Origin: Flaccisagitta enflata
Taxonomy: Eukaryota
Assembly (NCBI GenBank): GCA_965153355.1
Contig: OZ231126.1
Location: forward strand, 46,996,001-47,060,000
Reading direction: 5' to 3'
DNA length: 64,000 bases
Below the pieces are notes generated by a model. That model ran no database searches. It worked only from the letters and a program-made list of their open reading frames with translations, and was not told the origin of the DNA. The number at the start of each line of letters is the position of its first letter. The first letter of the stretch is position 1. Shown in pieces: positions 1 through 15,228 of this stretch. The position numbers and the translations under genes were made by a program.

Positions 1-27
1 CAGTCGGATAACCATGTTGAAGTTGAA
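1..27 (-). CDS. TENT4: Start of exon 2 of the minus-strand TENT4-like copy (continues beyond the window)
   Basis: Acceptor TTTTGCAG|TTCAAC at 28/27, phase 1; identical to 51428-51454 inverted. Confidence 0.7.
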
Positions 28-282
28 CTGCAAAAGTATTCAAAGTGAATTATTCTTTATAGAAACTTGGGTTTTTGTTTGTAAGCAAGTAGCAAAAAAA
101 TTCGCTCCTCGACAAAGCGAAAAAAAAAAGAAGAGAAAAACGCATCTCATCATTACAATTGGATATCAGTCAAAATACTCCAGCTACCATTAATAGCGGC
201 TATCGCCGACCCCGAGAAATTACAAAAGTTGTTTTGTTGAATATGAAACATGAAATTCGGTGCAAGAGTGAAAGAGAAAGAG

Positions 283-313
<31 letters not shown>

Positions 314-537
314 GAGAAACTTTCACTGAAAGAGAGGGACAGATAAAGAGAAAATGAAAAAGAGAGCGAGAGGATGAGAGAGAGAGTTTAATGTGTCATA
401 TTTTTTTCTTCCTTTTTTTCTTCCTTTTATTAGTGTGTATGCGCTTGCTGTGTATTTTCCTAATATCTTGTGTGAAACAACAACGAAATCAAAAACAACA
501 ATGACAACAACAACAAAAACAACAACAACAACAACAA

Positions 538-576
<39 letters not shown>

Positions 577-602
577 AAGAGCTAGCGAAAGGTGTCTCTT
601 AC

Positions 603-1051
603 CATGAGTGGCGGGTAGTGGAGGTGCTATCGATGATAGATTAGCCGTTGGGTGTGGGTGAATGAAGACCTGGTGGGGAAAATGTGGATGAGGCGGATAG
701 CCTATCGAGTGGGACGTTAAGATCACTTGAGGATTCCGGACGATCGTAGTTGTCGTTGTTGTAGTCATTGTTGTTAAAGCCGAACATATCCCCGGAGACG
801 CAAAAGTGCTGGGCTGCTGTTGAATCGAGGCAATTGAGTTGTTGTTGTTGTTGATGTTGTTATTGTTGTTGTTGTTGTTGTTGTTTATGTTATTGTTAAA
901 GTGAATGAAAGTCACGGGTTTACTAGCAGAATGTGGTAATGTTGAAAACAAAGCTGAGGCATTAGATGGTGATGATGATGATGAAGATGAAAAAGATAAC
1001 GATAAAGAAGGATTGTTAATGAAATTTTTATTAGCACTTGTAGTTTTATCG

Positions 1052-1130
<79 letters not shown>

Positions 1131-2698
1131 AATTCGAGTGTTTACTAGCGGCGACGACGGACAGTTGGGGCGTTGAGGCAGTAAGAAAAGTCGTGGTGGA
1201 AATCATCGAGGCATTGGCGGTGATGGCATTGACTGGGAATGCAGATGACGATGATGATGATGTTGATATTGACGATGATGATGATGACGATGATAGTGAT
1301 GAAGAAGATGAAGAGAGTGAGGAGGATGAAATAGTCTGTGGAGCGGGAAAGATGGATGCCGATAAAGCCAAAGCTTGGCCAAAGGAATGCGGCGCTCTTG
1401 CCGCTGCGGCCGCCGCTGCAGCTGCAGGGAAAACGACGATCTGTTGAGAATTTGGGATGGCGGCTGGCGGCTCCGCTGCGCCTACTTCGTGAACCAACGG
1501 CGATCGAAAAGGGAACGAAGAATAAGCGACTCCACTGGCGTTACCAGCGACACTGGGCGTCACGCAAGGCGCCACCACCGCCGCTGAGGAGGAGGAGGAG
1601 GAGGAATGAGAAGAAAAGGTGGGAGATGGATGCGAGCCTAACGTAGAAACAGAAGAAGTACCGATGGCCGGCGTGCTGGTCGCCTGCGTCGCGTTGGGCT
1701 TGGGAGAGTTACACGGACTAGGACTGGAGCAACAAGAATGCGGCGACGCCGAGTGGACGACGGCGCGACACGCTTGAGGAGGGTACAAGTAGTTGACGCC
1801 GGCGTAAGCTGCGCCCCCGGGAACCGTCGACGCCGCCGATGACGCCGTTGCTGCTGCTGATGACGTCGACGATGATGCTGAATTAGATATAGCATCGACG
1901 ACGCTGAGATTTTTTGAGTTGGAAAAGGTATAATTGATCACGTGAGGAGGCTGAGAATGATGATGATGATGAGGAGGAGGAGGGGGATGCATTTGATGTA
2001 GCGGCGGTTGTTGGTGTAGCGGCGGTTGTTGATGTAACGGTATGTTGCCTAACTTGGTCGCTGGTATTGAAGTATTGACAGAGGAAGCCGCCACCGCAGC
2101 TGGCGCTGAAACCGAGGTCGACATCGTTGAGGAAACCGACGGTTTAGTCACCAAAGGCGGGGAGGAGGAGCTGGAGCTAGAGGAGGAAGAGGAGGAGGAG
2201 GAAATTTCGCCCGCGACGACGTTAGTTTCCTCGTCGTCTCTCGTTGAAGTCGCCGTCGTGATCGTCGTCACTGCCGTCGTTGATGAGGGGACATTATCGG
2301 CGATACCGACAGCGGCGGAAGCGGCAATGGCCGAAGCGGTGGTGGCGAAATGTCCACCGGTACACTGAGGAATCATAGAGCAATGTTGGCACCATCGAGG
2401 TGGGGCCACGTAAGAAGGAACGGCGCCTCTAGAAGTGGATGTCATCGACACGCCGGAAACCACCGTTGACGTCGGGCCGTTAACTACAACGCCGGTAACA
2501 TTTCCACCGTTCGTTGCCGGATGTGTTTGTGGCGGCGGTGGTGCGGCTGAAGTCATCTGAGCCAAATACACGGGATGAGTAGAAGAAGCGCTGATACCGG
2601 GAAATGCGGATAAGCAGATCCGAGGCAGAAGGGCGGCGTTAGACGCGGAAGGCGCACTTGGCTGATGTGGGTGTTGAGTTTGGGCGTGTGGAGGATAA

Positions 2699-2795
<97 letters not shown>

Positions 2796-4344
2796 GGTTA
2801 ACTATTTCAATCGTCGATTTACAAGATGATTGAGCGGCGTCTACGGGGGCTGCATGGCCGACTATTTGCGAGCAATGTTTAGAGGCAGCCACAGAGGTTT
2901 GCGCAGCGGCCGTGGTAGTCGCTGCTGCCGCCGCCGTCGCAGCTGGCGCTGTTGTAGCGGCGTAAGTCACGACACCGCTGTGAGGAACGGCACCAACGTT
3001 CGCCGCTACAATGCCGTGTTGGGCATTTCCATTGTGATTGTGGAGACCGTTTATGGCCGGTGCAAAAGTGTAACTCAGCGTCGGCTGCTGATGCTGTTGT
3101 TGCTGCTGAAACGGCGCCGTGTGCTGTTGAAACTGATGCTGTGTTACGCCACCTGCCGTAGCGTAAAACGTCAAAGGCGTCGATGCGTAAAACGTCATCG
3201 ATCCCGGCGTGATTGGCGTGGCTAATGGCGCCACTGAAGCCAGCGTGACCACGGCGTCGTGATGGCTTGAACCATTGTTATTATTGTTAGTGTTGTTGTG
3301 TTGATGATTGTTGTTGTTTCCGTTGTTGTTGTTGTGTCGGTTTTGTATCCGAGGAGGATAGTGATGATGTTGATGGTGGTGATGGTGGATCGTGCCACCA
3401 CCACCGTTGATCTCCATCGCCACTGATGAAGCCGACGAAATTTTCGTCGTCGACGTCGTGGCTGTTGTTGTTACGTCAGAAGACGCTTTAATCGTTGAGG
3501 CGGTGGCCTGCTTCGGACCACCATGAGAGAAAGTGGTTGTGGTAATTGAAGCGGAGCCAGTGGAAGGAGAAGAAGTAACGGAGGTGGAAGAAAAAGAGAT
3601 AGAAGAATAAGTGGTAGCAGTTGAAACAGGTGCCGAATAAGCTCGACTCAAATTCGGCGTTGAATTTAGTTGAGCGGAGGAGGACGAAGACGCAGCCGAA
3701 AAACGCGACGCCGCGGAAGCGTAAGTGAGGACTTCCGCGCCGCCACCTGAGGACGCATGACGCGGCGTCGTCGTAGCGCCGACCGTGGAAACCGGCGCTA
3801 CCAAAGAAGAGGGAGAGGAGATGGGGCCTCCCACGTATGGGGAGGACTTGCCGGTTAAATGAGACGCGTGATAGTGACGCTGTGGTAGATGCTGCTGCTG
3901 TGGCTGCTGTTGTTGCTGACTGAGGAATGGCCCGGGCTTTTTCACGCCGGTTCTCGCTTTCTCTGCCGACGGCAAAGAAGAAGAGACGGCGGCGGCGTAA
4001 TGAAGAACGCCGGCGTTGCCGTTATAACAACCTGCCGATGACGATGCCGAGAAAGGCGGCGGAGTTGGCAGAGGCAGAGCCGTTATCGGCGAAATAGAGG
4101 AAGGAGGAGAAAACGGCGAGGAGGAGGAGGAGGAGGAGGAAGAAGTGGAAGAGGAGGCGGGCGGGATGTATTTGGTCGTTGCCGTGGGGCCGCCGCCAAC
4201 GCCGTGGTTGTGGTCACGGAATCGATATCCGAAAGACGACGACGTTGACGAAGACGACGATCGACCGGCGGAGGCGCAGGAGGAGGAGGTTGAGGAAGAA
4301 GAAGATGGAGTTGGCCAAGATGCTGCATCGTCTTTGGCGGCCAT
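603..4344 (-). CDS. TENT4: Complete first coding exon (1247 codons + 1 nt) of the minus-strand TENT4-like copy; Ser/Ala/Thr/Pro-rich with polyQ, polyN and polyH tracts
   Basis: Long GC-richer ORF from ATG 4344; donor CATG|GTAAGA at 603/602 (phase 1); 603-3226 is near-identical (inverted) to 47922-50545, which splices into the TENT4 core. Confidence 0.75.
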
Positions 4345-4982
4345 TCACACACAAAAAATCCTAGTAAACTGTTTCTTTTGATTGCAAAGGATAGTTTTTT
4401 TTTGTTTTTTTTGTGTTTTTTTTTAATATCTGACGCTGGATCGCTGTAGGAACGACACGCAATGCGAGGGGATAAAGGGCAAGTGCTTTTGTATATTGTA
4501 TATGTATATAATAGTTCGTGTGTGCGATACAATTGAGGAAGATATAAATCGCAGTTTTTTTCCTCTCTCACTTCGGCAGTGGCTCAATTTAATTTCACCA
4601 ATTTGACGCAAGACGACGTGCTAAGAGCGATAAGATTTGAGGGCAACTGCACTGACTGAAAAACGAAATTTCTATGCATAATATGCACTCTATTCATCCG
4701 AGCGGGTATGTTTCTCGAGGGATTAATTTATTCTTGTTTGTTTGTGTGTTTTTTTTTTCTTATAGAAAAAAAGTGATTGAATCGAACGATCACTCGTTCT
4801 TTGCGATCCCTGTTCAGATAGAACACTGCACCGCCATTCGGGAGAGACGAGGACGAGTTTATATGTCACTTTCTTTTTGACTAATCCTCCTTTTTCACCG
4901 GGCTTCACTTTTTCTATCAAATTTCTTCCTTTTCTTTCTGGGGCATTGGATATGAGTGCCGGAGATCCTGTTAGAGTTAAAT

Positions 4983-5098
<116 letters not shown>

Positions 5099-7180
5099 AA
5101 ATTGTATATTATCATTAGATTCCATTTTAAGCGGTATGAAATACGGAACAGACGGACAGACAGGGAGACTGACAGACGTTCGGAGTGGTTCGGACAGACG
5201 GATCGGAAATCGCATGCTGATTTTAAAATAGAGAAAGACAAGCATCTTTTGCAGTCAGGTACGCCTTGAATCGAGTAGAACATCCATTCATCCCTTCACA
5301 GGTTTACACAATATTTATGTCAGAAAATGGTCCAAGTCGAGGAGAAACCATGAAAGAATTTAATCACAACAAGGTCTTGAAAGTCCACGAATACGCCCGA
5401 CGTTCCGTCACTGCGCAGTATGCTTTGTAGGCTGAGTGTGTAGATGAATTCTGAAGATTGACACTTGGACAGATGATTTCTGTATTTGTTTGTTTTGTAT
5501 CGCGTGTTTGTTCTAACGAGTATATATTAGAACCTCTTCTAAAGTATTTTTTAAACGCAATTTCATTTTGATCGACCTTTGACCGCTCTCTGTGAGTGTG
5601 ACCTTGACAGAAATTGACAAATAAAACCGCAAAAACAGTCGATATTTTCATTTCTACACCCTGAATCGAGTGCGAATTACAATCGATTTTTCGTTTGGAA
5701 GCGGAATTTTCGTTTATGAAAAATCCCATGTTACAGCTTATGCTTATCGAGATTTGAGAAAACCGAAAATAAAACGGAAAAATATTCTTTCTTTATTTAA
5801 ACCCTTTTTTTTTATTTTAAGTACGTTCCTTATGAATAAACGATTCTATGAATGAATGAATGAACTAATGAATGAACTAATGAATGAACTAATGAATGAA
5901 CTGATGAATGAACTGATGAATAACCTAATGAATGAACTAATGAATGAACTAATGAATGAACTAATGAATGAACTAATGAATGAACTAATGAATGAACGAA
6001 TGAATGAATGAATGAATGGATAAACTAATGCTTGAATGATTGAAAGAATGAAAATGTACAAAAGCATTAAGAGGCTGACTGCTTTTCTGTTGACACTGAC
6101 CAACCAACCGACAAACGGACATGTCATAGAGGAGCGAGGACGCATCTAAAAATACGCCCTCAAATATTGCGAGGCCATGTAGGCCAATAGGTGCGTTGTG
6201 TGGATTGTCAAACGTTTGCGTGACGGACCAACCGACTGACCGTTCAACCTACGGACAAACATGACCGGTTTTTGAGGTGCGTAAGCGCACTTAGATATAG
6301 CACTTCTATGTTTGCAACTAAGTGAACAAAGGACTGACGTAACATATTCAATCACCACCAAAGGAAGGAATGGCTGCGCTATACGAAAGAATGACGTAGC
6401 AGCTTAAAATCAATCCAGCCCTAAAAACTCAATGAAGAAATGAGCGATATGGCCGTTCATGAGGTCATAAACGAAAATTCTGGAGAAAAAGGAAAGAAAC
6501 GATCGTAGATCATTGTAATTCCAAATCTAAAAAGAATAAAATCAGGGTGTCTAACGACCTTTGAGCCGTTCGTGATAACAAATAGTTTAGGGAGGTGGAG
6601 AGCGGAATGAAATGGATGGCCAATAGTCTCCGAGTCCCGGATGTCGTCTCCGCGTTGGACGGAAGAGTCCACAAATCGCCGGAAAAAGACGGCGAAAAAT
6701 TGAGAGAAATCTGTCTCAAGATTTCAAAAACAGCCTTTTTTTGGTGACTTTCTCTGCCTCTGCCTCTGCCTCTTCCGTTCGGGTGTGTCATTATGGAAAA
6801 GTATTTTTGATCAGATTATTAACATAAGAGGAAGATAGAGAAATAAAATTCAAATCTATAAACGTTTTTTTTATATTTCAAAATTTATTATCTTTATATA
6901 TATATTATTTCAGTGTTTGCACATAGAATTGCAAAACATATAATTTAATACTTATTATTCATACAAATTAATGGCTAAAAATAATTCAAAACAAATAAAA
7001 TAAATAGAATTTGAATAATAAAAGTGTTTAAAAATTTTGAATTTATAATACCCTGTGCTCTATTATATTGATGGTCTCATCAAAAAATTACTTGCATATT
7101 GACACATCCGAGTCTGTCATTCTGTCTTTTGTTTCTTTCCATCTTTTTTCTTTCTTTTATTCTTTCTTTCTTTCTTTTAT

Positions 7181-7213
<33 letters not shown>

Positions 7214-7331
7214 TCCTTCTTTCTTTCTTTCTTTCTTATTTCCTTTCCTTATTCTATTCTATCTTCTTTTCATCCAGTCATTCAATCATTCATCTCTCTC
7301 TCTCTCTTCTCTCTCTCTCTCTTTCATCCAG

Positions 7332-7391
<60 letters not shown>

Positions 7392-8729
7392 TCTCTCTCT
7401 CCCTCTATCTCTCTTTCAAAATTTTTTTTTTAAAATAGAATAAAACAAAATTAAATGGATTTTCTGGGTCACATTACACCTTCTCCAAATTCATACCATT
7501 CAGACGTAAAAAAACTTTCAAGGGGATTTCTTTTCTGAGGTCACAGAGATGTGCTTACAAATCTAAGAAAGGTAAACAACACCGCACTTAAAATCCATCT
7601 TCTTCTCTTGAAACTAAAAGATATACACAATTACTTTTTTCTTTTGTCTTTTTTTAGATGCGTCCACGCATCTCTATAAGAGGCTTTGTCTGTCCATCCG
7701 TCCATCGGTCTGTTGGTCCGTCAGCACGAGTCATATATGGCGAAAACTCAAGGAAATCATGCAAAATATAACATTATTGCATCATTCCACAAGGTTGATG
7801 CAATATTGCATCATTCTTAACAAGCTAAGCCGCATGTGGACGCATCGTTGTCTCCCCGGGGTACTTGTTTTTAACTTTTCTTTTACATTCTTTCATCTGC
7901 ATGGGTCAGATTGTCAGTTGGGGGTCGGTCCTCCAGTGCCAGTGCCAAATCGAGTTTTCTACTCGAGGGAGCAATACCATTAAGATGTGTAAACAAATAT
8001 TGAAGGGATCGGAACATTTATCAAAATGGATTTATAGTCTCACCCCACGTTAACGAACCCGAGCGTAACGAGAATCCGCCTTTAACGGATATGAAATCTT
8101 ACTCCCTTTCTTATCATTTCTTTTTGATAAACTTGAAACGTGAAAGATGAGAACAAATCCGATGTGAAAAGGCACTCATCGGGTTATGTTCCAATCGCGG
8201 GTGTTTCAAAAGTGGCATTTTTTCTCTTGTAAATAAACTATGTCTCCTTTTTGGGCAGCGACCCGAAGGGGACGATGTCCTGTAGAACACAGGGGGACTT
8301 TCATTCGTTTACTCGTATGTTCGTTCATTCGTTCATTCGTTTGTTTGTCCCCCCCCCCTCCGCCATTTCAATTTACCATACTATTCAATGGGAAGTCTAC
8401 ATCTTTTTCAATTTCCTATGTTATTCAATGGGAATTCTTCATTTTTTTTCATTTACTTGTCCATTTCCTATGTTATTCAATGGGAATTCTCCCATTTTTT
8501 TCTTTTTTTCATCAATTGTCCATGTTATTCAACGGGGATTACACATTTTTTCAATTCTTTTCAATTTTCCATGCTATTCAATAGAAACTTTTGCATTTTG
8601 TCATTTTTTCAATGGAAATTATTGAAATTCTCATTTTTTGTCAATTTTTTATGTTATTCAGTGGTGCAATAGTGCTCCCAAGCCCAATTAAGCAGAATGC
8701 CCCCTGTGTTAACGGCTATTGCTGACCAC

Positions 8730-9373
8730 TAGCTTGTACTGAAATGACAATAAACAATAAAATCAGAACTCCACAAGTAGTTCTTATTGTGGGGCTGTCT
8801 TGGGCTTCCAATGACATCACTTTTGGTCTGAAAAAATTGTATCTTGCTGTCCGCGCCTTACCTTGAATTTTCCTTCAGCCTATGGGAAACCAAAAATTTC
8901 AAAGTGCCTAAATTTCTGTTTTGACTGCAGATTTGAAATCTGCTGAAAAAACTGTTAATTGAAAGTGCTTTCCTTTTTTCAATATTCCAACTAGAAGGTG
9001 CTCAAAATAAGTGTCAAAGTTTGCAAAACTTACCTTTCTCTTTTATTTATATGTAAAATCGCCGAACTTACCTTTTTTTATATCTTTAAGATGAATTTTG
9101 ACTATGATCCCGAAGGAATATTGAAAAAAGGAAAGCACTTTCAATTAACACTTTTTTCTGCAGATTTCAAATCTGCAGTCAAAACAGAGATTTAAGCACT
9201 TTGAAATTTTTGGTTTCCCATAGGCTGAAGGAAAATTCAAGGTAAGGCGCGGACAGCAAGATGCAAATTTTTCAGACCAAAATTGATGCCATTAGAAGCC
9301 CAAGACAGCCCCACAACAAGAACTACTTGTAGAATTCTGATTTTATTGCTTTTAGTCATTTAGGTACAAGCTA
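8730..9373. mobile_element. hAT-like foldback MITE with ~255-bp TIRs
   Basis: Termini TAGCTTGTAC...GTACAAGCTA; 8-bp TSD CTGACCAC (8722-8729, 9374-9381). Confidence 0.9.
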
Positions 9374-10646
9374 CTGACCACATATTGCCCTTGGGCGCCT
9401 GGTTCAATGCATTTTTGGACAAATCAGTGATAACATTCATAAAGAAATTTACAAGCAGCCTTTCATTAAGTGATACTGCACTGGCATGCTAGCTAATAGA
9501 GACCTAACAACAAAAAGAGTCAAATTCAAACTACTAAATCAATGAAAACTTGGGAGTGGCTAAGAATGTGAAGGGCCTTGCTAAGGGTGGTCTTGATTCC
9601 TGGAGCTCTCGTCAAATCGTGTATTGAAGGTGGTAAAAAAAATGAAAAAGAAGAAACAAAATGAAAGTCTTTGATGAGAAGAGGCGGAGGAATGAGAGAG
9701 CAAATAGACGGGATCGGGAAGTAAAGTTTTTTGGGGAAGCTAAAGAAGACGAAAAAAAAAAAAAAAAAAATTGTGAGTCGAAGGCCTGCGTTATGTTTCT
9801 ATGGGGAAAATACAGAAAAAGAGTAATTACTGTTGCACAAACGCCACCCTTCCCCATCAGGGAAAAAAGCCCAAGCCAGTTTGCGACGTTTTACCAAATA
9901 TACAGTTCAGCTTCACTAGAGCGCATTTTAACAGATTGAACCACATTATGCCTTAGGGTGAAGCCACCCTATCGAAAAAACTACAAAATCTTTCATGAGA
10001 CAGTAGGTTACATGCCTTATAGGTGGGCATGCCTTGTTAGTGCACTTTAGCAGTGCTCCACAGTATAGGTTTTTAAAGGAAACTGCTATTCAATTACGCT
10101 ATTGCACAATTGAGTATCCAAGCAGCAATTGCTGACAATTAATTGACCCTGTTTGCTCATATTTGAAGGTCATAGATAATTTGAAACAAGGCCAGATATA
10201 TGGCTAGTAAGTAGTTACTAGTGGGTGGGCTACGGCAGTATGTGGCAGGGCAGGGGTTGTAACGAGGTTGACCAGGGGCGGAAATGCTCAGATACACCAA
10301 CTTATAAAGTTACTTAGCCACAAATAAATGAAGAACCAAAAAACAAAACGAAAACAAAACGAACAAAGCAAAACGAAACTAAAACTTCTATTACTGGTAT
10401 TACTGGTAATAATAGATGAATAAGTAAGGGTCACAGACCGACTGACCAACGAGTCAACGGCCTCCCGATTATTATCTAAGGTTGAACTAAGTAGGCTCGC
10501 GAGAAGAGAGACAACATGGAAGAGCCTCTGTATATATCTATCTAGAGAGTCAGTTCAGAACTCGTGAGAAAAAAAAAAGCTGGTCTTACCAACATCTATT
10601 CATCAAAGCCCAACTGAAGTGAGATCGTGTTGATAGCAAGTGAGAG

Positions 10647-10757
<111 letters not shown>

Positions 10758-11207
10758 AAAAGTGATAAGCAAACCAGGGAGACAGAAGGACATAGACGAA
10801 CAGACAGCCGGACGCACAGACATACGGTGGGACAGTATAGCGACGTGAGGGATGTTGTTCCACTTGTCAAAGAGTGGCTTACGGAAAGTCAAATCTATGA
10901 GGATAAAATGAAATGAGAATTTCGGTTACTGTTCCTTCATTTCTAACAATGGGTAATACATACAATTAGTTTTGCTAAATGGAAAACTGGGAGTGATGCG
11001 CGTAGTAACTAGTCAGTGAGGGCTCACAAGGCCCTCTTCCGTATTTTTCAGTGTGAGTGTAGTGAGGGATATTGTTCCAGCTGTCATACACTTAAATCAA
11101 TGCAACACATTCACAGCTCATACGCAAATTTTCGAGAGTATAATTAAGGACATTCAGAGCTGCCTTATGATTACAGAAAATCCCTGGACTCGGGTTATTA
11201 CGTCGGA

Positions 11208-11632
11208 TAGGACTCGCAATAGTTAACTTTAACTAGCTAGTTAACTAGTTAAAATTCTGAAAACCCCTATAGTTAACTAGTAGAAATTAACTAGTTAAAA
11301 CAGTTAAAAATTTCTATGGAAATTTGGGGAAAAATCACTTATTTTCTCTTCAAATGACATGATTTTTGGTAAATTTTTTTGGTCACAAAGAAAAATGTGG
11401 ACAATTGTAACACACAAACATAGAAACTCAAAGATTTCTTGCCACAAACAATAATACAATTATTAAAGTATTGATTTCTGCAAGAATTGTATCAAAAAAT
11501 TTACGGTTTTGCTTTAGTCTTGCTTTTTATTAGGGAAAAATTTTAACTATTTTAGCTAGTTAACTAGGTGTAAATTGTAGTTAGTTAACTGTTAACTAGT
11601 TAATTTGAAAACCTTAACTATTGCGAGTCCTA
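11208..11632. mobile_element. MITE with TIR TAGGACTCGCAATAGTTAA and subterminal TAGTTAACTA palindromes
   Basis: Perfect 19-bp TIR; flanking duplication (TA)CGTCGGA(TA), 7-11 bp depending on where the ends are drawn. Confidence 0.85.
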
Positions 11633-12228
11633 CGTCGGATAATTACGTTTCACCGATTACGTGGTGTTTGGTGACTGATTACTTAGTTCAATCAATCGAG
11701 ATATAGTTCTATGGATTGGTCGTGCTAAATAGTTGGTTCTCTACCATTTGCTGTTTGACAAATTTTAGTCTCAACGTCTCTATGTCTTCATTTACCATTC
11801 TTTTTTTTACAGAATTGTAGAGGCGAGTTGTTTTTAGCTCCGATCCTTCTTTTATAGTTAATAAATCATACTGCTATGACCCATGTCTAGATAAAAGTAA
11901 TGGCTTTTTAATCTATGGCAACTGCCTCGCCAGTACCTCGTAGACCATTTTATCACCGTTTCAGCCAAGGTTACAGCGAGTAAAGAAAGAAAAAAGATGC
12001 CCAATAAAATTTGACAAATGATAAAAGATGGGTAAATGATGGCGCATTCATCAAGTGCCGGGACAATTTTTTGAATTCTTTCTTTTTTCCCCTTCTTGTT
12101 TCACTGATTTTAGCTGCACATGCGCTCGACAGTCTACACACATAGATGCAGACTCACAGACACATCGACACACACACACACACACACGCACACGCACACA
12201 CACTTAGACACACACTGAGACACAACAC

Positions 12229-12283
<55 letters not shown>

Positions 12284-12288
12284 CATAC

Positions 12289-12418
<130 letters not shown>

Positions 12419-13164
12419 ACACAGACACAGACACAGACACACGGATGACGCGATAGAAAAACTGCATTATGGAAACGGAACGAGATTCTGGAAACTGCCA
12501 GAAAATTGACCGTTTCCGCATCCCTCAGAAGTTATAACTGAAATCGGAGATACCTTCCCACGCAATCTTACGAGGGTCGTGCTTGTAAATAGGATGAAAA
12601 GGATCATCTATTTGTGAATGTCGTAAGAAAGAGGATTAAGAATTTATAAAGGATGAGTAGAATAAAGATCGATCTTTCAATTCTATCGTCGTTTGAATTA
12701 AAAACAAAAAAAGCTCGTCTCCAAATATTTGACGAGTGTAAACTTTTAAGGACGCTTTTAAGACATCATGCTTCAAGTCAGGCAAATTAACGGGATCAGA
12801 TCTGTAGATGCACAAGATTGGATGTAAGATGGTCTAACACCAAAGTTCTTCGGTCGGTTCCTCACTTCTACCTTCCCTCCCATCCGTCCGCCGTATCTTA
12901 CAGTTGTCGGTCTGTCCTGTCGTGGATTCGTCCTCCGGATTCTCTTTTTCCTTTGGATACATGAAATTATAACGCATCCAAAATAGCAGCCTCTATAATA
13001 GCAGCCTCTATAATAGCAGCCTCTATAATAGCAGGCTCAAAAATAGCAGGCTCGAAAATAGCATGACGAGACTTTAGCAGCTCTATAATAGCATGACGAG
13101 ATCTCTTGATTTGTCCGACGGCCTCCGACCTTTTTTAAGGCAGGCAGATTTGACCTGTTTTTTT

Positions 13165-13318
<154 letters not shown>

Positions 13319-13457
13319 CTATTTGTCCGTGCAAATCGGCGACGAGGTTATTTTCTCTTATACTATGCCGGGTAGACTTAGGCGTGGAGATTTATCGACC
13401 TTGTTGAATGTCGTTAATTCTTTGGGAATTTCATTCATTCCGTCCTCAGGCAATCTC

Positions 13458-13637
<180 letters not shown>

Positions 13638-14139
13638 ATAAATAAGGGAAAAAGGAGAGAGAGAAAAAAGAAAGGAAGAAAAAACAAAGAAAGGAAGAAA
13701 AAAAGATAGAGAAAGAAAGAAACCAGGCCGTATACACCCCCCCAGTCGCAGACGGGTGGGCGGGAGCGGAAAACAGAAATGTTATGTGACGGACGGACCG
13801 ACCAACAGACCGACCGACCAACACGGCAAGTTCTAGAGTCGCGTATCCGCGACTAAAAAAAAAAGAATGTAAGAAAAAGAAAGCAAGAAAAAGAAATAAT
13901 GAAAAAGAAAGAAAGAAAAAGGAGGAAAGAAAGAAACAAGGCCGGATACACGGCCAATATCAGTCGCGGACAGGTGGGCAGGGGCGGAAATGCGCGTTTT
14001 CGCACTTTCTCAACTCGATCACCATGACCAACGGACCGACCGACGGACAAAGCCTTTTATAGAGTCGCTAGTCCGTGACTAAAAAAGAAAGAAAGAAATG
14101 GAGCAAGCCAACCAGCAATCCATCAGAAAGAAAGAAAGC

Positions 14140-14390
<251 letters not shown>

Positions 14391-14868
14391 GGCCGGATAC
14401 ACGGCAGAACAGTCGCGGACGGTTGGGCAGGAGCAGTAATGCGAAAACCACTCGGAATTCATAAATGTGACCGACCGACCGACCGACCGACCGACAGACG
14501 GACCGACCGACAAGGCAAGGTGTAGAGTCGCGTGTCCGCGACTAAAAACTAGTAAACAAAGAAAGAGAGAGAGGAGAAAAAAGATGAAAGCCGCACGATA
14601 TTATAAATTCGTCATTTAATCAATATTCAACGAGGAGGATCTTCCTCCAAAATGTTTGTCGTCGTCGTCTTGAGTTTAGAATGCTCATTCAACTTCCAAG
14701 AAGCGTCAAAACATTTCTTGCATTCCAAGTCATTACCGATTTCACTTGATGAATAGCTTTTTTTTATTTTCATTTAAAAAAATAGTGATTGTCAAAGCGG
14801 AAAAAAACATCCGTTTTGATCCATTAGAACTTAGAAGTCCATACATCTTCTTTCTTTTTTATTCTTTT

Positions 14869-15041
<173 letters not shown>

Positions 15042-15131
15042 TCTGTTTCTCAGAGTCTCATTCTGCTAGTTTGTCCGTTTATCTGCCATTTTCTCTCTTT
15101 CTGCCCGATGCCTGGTTGTCCCTCTGTCAGC

Positions 15132-15228
<97 letters not shown>

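Noticed and set aside
460-602. Poly-Leu C-terminus of the 1294-aa ORF (and of 47950-50742) resembling a transmembrane segment
   Set aside because: Read-through into an intronic (TTG)n microsatellite after a strong GTAAG donor
12980-13100. 15-bp AATAGCAGCCTCTAT tandem repeat
   Set aside because: Short local minisatellite with no further structure
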